Positions 26,186-31,455 of a stretch of 31,455 bases of DNA are shown here, one piece after another; position 1 is the stretch's first letter; every line of letters starts with the position of its first letter. Position numbers and translations under genes: made by a program. The DNA comes from an uncultured Methanosarcinales archaeon. GTDB taxonomy: Archaea > Nanobdellota > Nanobdellia > Woesearchaeales > JAGVZT01. The notes under the pieces were generated by a model. It had not been told where the DNA came from. It saw nothing but the letters and a program-made list of their open reading frames with translations, and did no database searches. The stretch is from positions 1-31,455 of the forward strand of contig CAYQPU010000019.1 in the NCBI GenBank assembly GCA_964419615.1. The letters run 5' to 3'.

Positions 26186-27295
26186 CTACTCATTACCCCA
26201 AATATCTCTTGCGACTTGAGCAACAAGCTTTAGCTTCTTTTTCTGCGTTTCAAAGTCAATAGAGTTTCCTTTGGCAACAGATGCAAATCCGCATTGGGTG
26301 CTAATGGCAAGCCTTTCAAGAGGAATAAACTTTGAAGCTTCTTTAATCCTAAGCTTTAGCTCCTCAGCTGTTTCTTCTCTTGGTGTCTTTGTAGTCACCA
26401 ATCCTAAGACAACTACTTTGTCTTTTGGCACATGTTTTAAAGGTGCAAAATCTCCTGAGCGCTCATCATCAAACTCAAGCAGCAATCTTTGTGCATGGGT
26501 TTTTCTAAAAACTCTTTCAGCGATCTTGGTATAGCTACCCTTGGCCATAAACCTACTTTTGTCATTGCCCCTGCAGATATGAATCCCGAAAGTAATCTCT
26601 GGATGCTTGTCAACTATAGCATTCATCATCTCAATTCCATCATCAATAAGCTCGTCAGGATCAAATCCTTTACTTTTAAACCACTTCTGCTGATGTGGGT
26701 CAATTAACATGCCGAACTCAGGAGCATCAAACTGAATATACTCCACTCCAAGTCTTTCTAACTCCTCTACTTCTTGTTCAAGGATTTTTTGCACATCAGC
26801 TAAAAACTTCTTGTTAGATTTATATGCCTTATCAGAGACTCCTGGCAACCAGTAGTATGCATACATGGTGGGGCTTGGCAAAGTTACCTTAATTTGTTTC
26901 TTGGTTAGGCCTCTAATAAAACAAAACTCCTCAGATGACATGTGTCTTTTCTGTTTTACTTTACTCACTACAGCAACAGTCACTGGATCTTTTATTTTGT
27001 TGCCTTCCATATCGAACCAATCAACCCAATTACCCGTTACAGTGTCAAACCCTTCAGTTGCCTGAGTCAACTGGCTCGCAAATACATTCCTTCTCATCTC
27101 TCCATCAGTCACTACATCAACACCTGCTTCCTCTTGAATAGCAATACATCTTTTAACTGCATCATCTTCAATCATCTTGAACTTAGCATTGCTAATCCTC
27201 TTCTCTTTGAGTTTTTCCCTTGCTTTCAGAAGTGGTTTTGGGCGAAGCATACTACCAATTACTTCTGCCCTCCACTCTTTCATTTTGTTTACCAT
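26186..27295 (-). CDS. cobalamin-independent methionine synthase-like protein, catalytic (C-terminal) domain only (369 aa)
   Basis: RAEVIGSMLRP, TDGEMRR, Zn ligands HICRGN, LLEFDDERSG and STQCGFAS; GAGGT SD supports a start at 27295 (MVNKMKEW). Confidence 0.85.
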   Translation of the reverse strand: MVNKMKEWRAEVIGSMLRPKPLLKAREKLKEKRISNAKFKMIEDDAVKRCIAIQEEAGVDVVTDGEMRRNVFASQLTQATEGFDTVTGNWVDWFDMEGNKIKDPVTVAVVSKVKQKRHMSSEEFCFIRGLTKKQIKVTLPSPTMYAYYWLPGVSDKAYKSNKKFLADVQKILEQEVEELERLGVEYIQFDAPEFGMLIDPHQQKWFKSKGFDPDELIDDGIEMMNAIVDKHPEITFGIHICRGNDKSRFMAKGSYTKIAERVFRKTHAQRLLLEFDDERSGDFAPLKHVPKDKVVVLGLVTTKTPREETAEELKLRIKEASKFIPLERLAISTQCGFASVAKGNSIDFETQKKKLKLVAQVARDIWGNE

Positions 27296-27303
27296 TTTCT
27301 TGA

Positions 27304-28095
27304 TTACCTCTTGTGTATTTCCACTTTCTGAGAGATCTTGTAGTCTAGATGATGTGGAACAGGATCTTGCTCGATAATCCACCTGGCTCTTTCTGACAGT
27401 CTGGATGGATCTATGGCATTGGCTACACTAAATTTTATACCATCTATCTCACTTAGTATACCTCTAAACTCATCCTTTGTTAATGATGCACAAACTGAAT
27501 TGGCTAGATCTCTCCAGATTGCTGGTTTGGTATAACTAATACGTGCAGCCAACAATTCTTCAGAGATATCTCTGCGAAAGTCCCAGATATGTATCTGCCC
27601 TCCACTCTTTGTCACTTTGACCATCTCCTCTAATGCAGTTTTGGGATTGTGCAACTGATGAAAAGTGTTTTGACACACAACTACATCAAACAACTCCTTG
27701 AACTCATTGGGAATTGAGTAAACCGAGATTGGCGAAAACCTCATTATATTCTCATCTATCTCCTTAGCAAATTTCCCATCTAAGTATTCCATCATCTGCA
27801 TTGAAGGATCTATGCCAAACACAAATCCTGCTCCAGCTTTGCTTAGCTCCTCAGATAAATTACCTGGTCCTGGTCCCACTTCCATTATCACTTGACCCTC
27901 AATTTTTGTATTCTTAAATCTAAGATCTTCAACAGCTAAAACATAATCTGCATTTTCTGGATAATCACAAGCCTCATTATATCTAATCGCATCATTCCCT
28001 TCTACTAGTTCACTTTGCTCTGGAATCCTAATACTAAGATCCACTCCTGCAATAAATGCAGCTATCTGCTCTTCTATTTCATCTTTGTTATTCAT
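27304..28095 (-). CDS. class I SAM-dependent methyltransferase (263 aa)
   Basis: Motif I MEVGPGPG, GIDPSMQM, FDVVVCQNTFHQL, VTKSGG; GGAGG SD supports a start at 28095. Confidence 0.9.
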   Translation of the reverse strand: MNNKDEIEEQIAAFIAGVDLSIRIPEQSELVEGNDAIRYNEACDYPENADYVLAVEDLRFKNTKIEGQVIMEVGPGPGNLSEELSKAGAGFVFGIDPSMQMMEYLDGKFAKEIDENIMRFSPISVYSIPNEFKELFDVVVCQNTFHQLHNPKTALEEMVKVTKSGGQIHIWDFRRDISEELLAARISYTKPAIWRDLANSVCASLTKDEFRGILSEIDGIKFSVANAIDPSRLSERARWIIEQDPVPHHLDYKISQKVEIHKR

Positions 28096-28137
28096 TTTCT
28101 TCTTCCTCCTACTTGTCACCCCTTATCACACTCTTTA

Positions 28138-28208
28138 TCCCTGCACCCGGACTTGAACCAGGATCAATCGGTCTACAGCCGATTACTTTGCCATTAAGCT
28201 ATGCAGGG
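28138..28208 (-). tRNA. tRNA-Tyr(GTA), intronless
   Basis: CCCTGCA/TGCAGGG with C1-G72 and A73, D stem GCTT/AAGT, ATCGG-CTGTAGA-CCGAT, CCTGG-TTCAAGT-CCGGG. Confidence 0.95.
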
Positions 28209-28252
28209 TAAATTACCAATTAGTGGGAACTAGGTGAACCTATTATATTTAA

Positions 28253-28267
28253 TTGAATCAAATTCAA
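28253..28267. promoter_or_regulatory. 15-bp palindromic operator 1 (TTGAAT-CAA-ATTCAA), candidate Lrp site
   Basis: Perfect 6-3-6 inverted repeat between the divergent tRNA-Tyr and lrp promoters. Confidence 0.7.
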
Positions 28268-28293
28268 AAAAACATCAAAAAATTTATAAATAA

Positions 28294-28308
28294 TTGAATT
28301 TTATTCAA
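28294..28308. promoter_or_regulatory. 15-bp palindromic operator 2 (TTGAAT-TTT-ATTCAA), candidate Lrp site
   Basis: Same palindrome, lying between the lrp TATA box (TTTATAAA 28283-28290) and ATG 28313. Confidence 0.7.
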
Positions 28309-28312
28309 AAAT

Positions 28313-28762
28313 ATGAAAAACATTAAACCAAAACTAATCAAATTGTTTAAGCAGGGTTACTGTACGCCACAAATAGCAAGAGTGGCAAAAAAGATCAAAG
28401 AACCTTCAACAACTATTCATTATAATATAAAGAAATTGGAAGAAGAAGGGGCAATAAAACTATACAAAGCGGTCTTTGACTACAAGAAAATAAATCAAGG
28501 ATTTTGTTGTTATACCTTGGTGAACTTAAGTCCAAAAGAATACAAATCACCTGAAAGAATAGCTAGACAGTTTGCACAACTTGACGAAGTTGAAAGTATT
28601 GACATACTCACTGGAGACTGGGGAATGATACTTAAAGTAAGGACTGAAGATCAAGAAAATTATTTTGAGTTCCTAAAAAACAGTATATTCAGAGATGGAG
28701 TTGCAGAGGTAAAAACAATGATCTCATTAAAGCAAATTAAAACAGAATTTGTTAAGTTGTAG
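28313..28762 (+). CDS. Lrp/AsnC family transcriptional regulator
   Basis: HTH (IARVAKKIKEPSTTIHYNIKKLEEEGAIK), DYKKIN linker, RAM domain LTGDWGMILKV...GVAEVKT. Confidence 0.92.
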   Translation: MKNIKPKLIKLFKQGYCTPQIARVAKKIKEPSTTIHYNIKKLEEEGAIKLYKAVFDYKKINQGFCCYTLVNLSPKEYKSPERIARQFAQLDEVESIDILTGDWGMILKVRTEDQENYFEFLKNSIFRDGVAEVKTMISLKQIKTEFVKL

Positions 28763-28838
28763 GACAATTAGGCTAATGTAATGCTTTTTGTATTCTTTTA
28801 TCCAAAAAAGATATAAACACAAAGCCAATTATAACTGC

Positions 28839-29417
28839 ATGATCAAATCAATAATCTTTGATTGGGGTGGAGTTTTAGCTCCTTCAGATAATAAGATTGC
28901 AGCTGTTAGGTTAAGGAAGAATTTTGATTTTGATGTTAATGAATTTTACAAATATTTTGAAGAACATGAAGATAATTTATGTCATACAAATGAGGATAAG
29001 AAGTTTTTATTGATTGCTTCTAAAAAGTTCAATATACCAGTTGGGTCAATAATTAATGCTCTAAGTGCTGATCCTCCGGATGAAGTATTTGAAATTGCCA
29101 AAAGCTTATCTAAAAAATACAAAACATACATCTTATCCAATCAATTAAAGTTTAGAACAGATTATATTAAGAGTACATTTGATTTAAGTTTTTTTGATAA
29201 AGTATTTTTTTCTAATGAAATCGGTTTGAAAAAGCCAAATAAAGATATATTTAATTATTTACTAAAAGAAATCCAAAATAAACCTGATGAGTGCCTGTTT
29301 ATAGATGATCTGTCTGAAAATATTCAGGTTGCAAAAAAACTAGAATTTAATACAATCTTATTCAAAAACTTAGAGCAACTAAAAAAACAGCTTTCGTCAT
29401 TCTCATTAGATTATTAG
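28839..29417 (+). CDS. HAD-superfamily hydrolase (subfamily IA, variant 3-like)
   Basis: IIFDWGGVL, ILSN, FSNEIGLKKP, LFIDD; start moved to MIKSIIFD. Confidence 0.9.
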   Translation: MIKSIIFDWGGVLAPSDNKIAAVRLRKNFDFDVNEFYKYFEEHEDNLCHTNEDKKFLLIASKKFNIPVGSIINALSADPPDEVFEIAKSLSKKYKTYILSNQLKFRTDYIKSTFDLSFFDKVFFSNEIGLKKPNKDIFNYLLKEIQNKPDECLFIDDLSENIQVAKKLEFNTILFKNLEQLKKQLSSFSLDY

Positions 29418-29484
29418 TGTGTTACTTCTTTTTTATGAGATATGAGAAAAATTTATATAAAGCAGAATTCGTGATATAATTAAA

Positions 29485-30687
29485 ATGAAAAGAGTGATAA
29501 TTTTTCTATTAATAATCCTATTAGTGGGCTGTAAATCTAATGATCCTGTAAAAGAACCAGAACAACTTGATGAAAATATTGTTGAAAATTCTCAGCCAGT
29601 CCAAGAAGAAAGTGATCAAGAAAAAAACTCGGAGATTGAGTTGAATGTTGTTAAAATTCCAGATTCAATTATATCAAACTGTATTGGTTTTCTTAGTGGA
29701 GATCCAGAGGAATCAGCCTCATTTAGTGAAAAAAGTGGAGCATGGGTGAGACCACATATAGGTCCATTTGTGTGGGATAATGTGCAAAAAGAGGGATACC
29801 GAGAAACAGATATGTGGGTAAAATCCTCTGGGAAAAATCAAGTGGCAATCCTAGCCACAGTGTGGCCATATTCAGACAAAGATCAAGCAAGATGTCATGC
29901 TACCAGCTGTAAAGTATCAAAAACTGACACATTTTATCCAACATACGGGCCTGGATTACCTATATCAAGATGTGCTCCTTGTGATTATGAAGATTATAAA
30001 GAATTTCTAGTAAATCTTGTAGAAAGATATGATGGGGATGGTATTGATGACATGAAAGGATTGACAATTCCTATAAAATATTGGGAAATTATGAACGAAC
30101 CAGAAATGAAAGAGGATTTCCTCACATTCTTTAAAGGATCTAAAGAAGACTATGTGAAAATTCTAAAAATTAGCAATGAAGTAATCAAAGAAACTTGTCC
30201 TGATTGTGTTATTGTTCAGGGAGGATCTGCAGGAAGTTTTAACACAATATCTTATTGGAGAGATATATTCAAATTAAATGGTGATGAGTATTTTGATATT
30301 GCGAATGTCCACTATATTAATCACGGGGATCTTGCAACATTAAATGTAAAAGAATTCAAAAAATTAATGGACGAATTTGACATTAGTAAACCAATTTGGG
30401 TAACAGAGGTTGAATGGCAAACCGATGACCATGTCAGTGTTGTTAGGGGATCCATTGAAGCTGGAGCATCAAAATTCTTTCTACCAAATGTGTTAACAGA
30501 GTGGGTTATTGATGGTAATGTTGTAAAAGAAGATTCAATTGATTCTAAGGATAAAAAAGATGATGGTGTAGATTACACTAAAAAAGAAGACGGTGTTGAT
30601 TATACTGTAGAAGAAAAGAATGCAAAGAAAACATTATCAGAACAAGACAAAAAAAGTTATTTAGAAATACTGCATTTGTGTCCTTAA
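29485..30687 (+). CDS. lipoprotein with clan GH-A glycoside hydrolase domain (GH39/GH5-like)
   Basis: Lipobox LLVGC; catalytic-like WEIMNEPE (acid/base) and PIWVTE (nucleophile); FDIANVHY. Confidence 0.75.
   Translation: MKRVIIFLLIILLVGCKSNDPVKEPEQLDENIVENSQPVQEESDQEKNSEIELNVVKIPDSIISNCIGFLSGDPEESASFSEKSGAWVRPHIGPFVWDNVQKEGYRETDMWVKSSGKNQVAILATVWPYSDKDQARCHATSCKVSKTDTFYPTYGPGLPISRCAPCDYEDYKEFLVNLVERYDGDGIDDMKGLTIPIKYWEIMNEPEMKEDFLTFFKGSKEDYVKILKISNEVIKETCPDCVIVQGGSAGSFNTISYWRDIFKLNGDEYFDIANVHYINHGDLATLNVKEFKKLMDEFDISKPIWVTEVEWQTDDHVSVVRGSIEAGASKFFLPNVLTEWVIDGNVVKEDSIDSKDKKDDGVDYTKKEDGVDYTVEEKNAKKTLSEQDKKSYLEILHLCP
30553..30606 (+). repeat. imperfect 27-bp tandem duplication encoding KKDDGVDYT/KKEDGVDYT
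   Basis: AAAAAAGATGATGGTGTAGATTACACT followed by AAAAAAGAAGACGGTGTTGATTATACT. Confidence 0.8.
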
Positions 30688-30794
30688 ATTGAATTTGATA
30701 ATGAACTTAAGGTTCTTTTATGGAGCCCTTAAACTTTTACTTACTCTGATTTAGTTACATTATTATACTTATTAGGATTTGTTAAACCTGTAAA

Positions 30795-31061
30795 TTGGAA
30801 AACAAGGATAATAAAATAGAACTGCCTGATGAAGTCTTGTTTATTACAAATATGTGTAATAATAACTGTTTGATTTGTCAAGACAGAACCACTGGTTTGT
30901 CAGTCACAAAGACCTTAGAACAGCTTAAAGAGGAAGTTAATAAAAAACACAAATTAGGTGTAACTGGGGTAAGTATATACGGAGGGGAGCCTTTCACCTT
31001 TTTTAGGCTGCTTAACCATCAAAAGTCTTTCTTTAACTGGTCTTTTAATCCAGCCAAATAG
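30795..31061 (+). pseudogene. truncated radical SAM gene (N-terminus only)
   Basis: FITNMCNNNCLIC (CxxxCxxC) and IYGGEPF are present. Similarity ends right after GGEPF (~30995), and the shifted frame I translated does not continue as a radical SAM domain. Confidence 0.7.
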
Positions 31062-31238
31062 GCATTCATTAGTACCAACAGTCTCATCTAACAAGCCCAC
31101 TCCATAAGCAGTAAAGCCTTCATACACATAGCCATTTGCTATATCAACTGTTCTGCTATCAGATGATAATTCATCAACTATGGATTCTAGAGCCTGATAT
31201 ACAAGCCTAGAGATTGCAGTTTCATCATATTGTTTCAT
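30954..31238 (-). CDS. hypothetical protein (94 aa); C-terminus runs antisense into the radical SAM fragment
   Basis: AGGTGG SD before the ATG; the last ~15 codons are the reverse complement of the radical SAM GGEP region. Confidence 0.55.
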   Translation of the reverse strand: MKQYDETAISRLVYQALESIVDELSSDSRTVDIANGYVYEGFTAYGVGLLDETVGTNECLFGWIKRPVKERLLMVKQPKKGERLPSVYTYPSYT

Positions 31239-31369
31239 TTAACCACCTAAAAATAGGAATAAATCACTTAAATAAATACTTGATTGTTGTAATTTATCTA
31301 AAATCTGTAATAATACTCAAAGTTATTACTAAATTTAGGGAAAATACACTTAATATACTTAAATAAAAA

Positions 31370-31455
31370 TTATGGGTTGATTATCTCACTAACAATCTCA
31401 TAAACTTCAGAATATTTCTCAGGATCAACCATGTCTCTATGTAAATCTACACCTA
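31370..31455 (-). CDS. 3' end of a gene entering from beyond the window
   Basis: Open frame ...GVDLHRDMVDPEKYSEVYEIVSEIINP* ending at TAA 31370-31372. Confidence 0.5.
   Translation of the reverse strand, partial: GVDLHRDMVDPEKYSEVYEIVSEIINP

Noticed and set aside
387-28197. Numerous short alternative-frame or antisense ORFs in the track (e.g. 387-575, 1596-1901, 3717-3956, 7522-7791, 17634-23476 set, 26271-27377 set, 28015-28197)
   Set aside because: They lie inside or antisense to well-supported genes or tRNAs, lack SD/TATA support and motifs, and have shadow-ORF composition.
30553-30606. 27-bp repeat as a CRISPR remnant
   Set aside because: Two adjacent copies with no spacer, in frame within a CDS, differing mainly at codon third positions.

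Overview
Low-GC (roughly 30-35% by eye) archaeal chromosomal window, most consistent with a DPANN archaeon (Woesearchaeota-like). This placement is an inference from the archaeal-type TyrRS, a tRNA-Tyr with C1-G72/A73, tRNA introns with bulge-helix-bulge (BHB) motifs, TATA boxes about 30-33 nt before leaderless starts, a PGF-pre-PGF surface protein and many short orphans. Housekeeping genes: tyrS, a MiaB-like tRNA methylthiotransferase, an inositol monophosphatase, NUDIX and HAD hydrolases, an ABC exporter, HTH and Lrp regulators, and tRNA-Val(GAC), tRNA-Thr(GGT) and tRNA-Tyr(GTA). The most striking unexplained signal is two diverged copies of a ~147-nt intergenic element (801-946 + and 3389-3536 -). 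They share a conserved core and have closing stems of different sequence that both still pair, so they are a candidate structured ncRNA family that I cannot assign to a known class. Other highlights: tRNA-Val with two BHB introns (37/38 and 59/60); a 14-bp duplication of the tRNA-Thr 5' end around a 43-bp palindromic insert; a stand-alone TRAFAC GTPase; a minimal two-domain PEP-synthase-like dikinase lacking an acceptor domain; a ~1964-aa cysteine-rich surface protein; a catalytic-domain-only MetE-like enzyme plus methyltransferase behind tRNA-Tyr, divergent from an Lrp gene with two perfect 15-bp operators; a RelE-like toxin-antitoxin candidate; and three broken genes. No CRISPR array, rRNA, integrase or transposase was seen. 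All family calls come from motif recognition by eye, not database searches.
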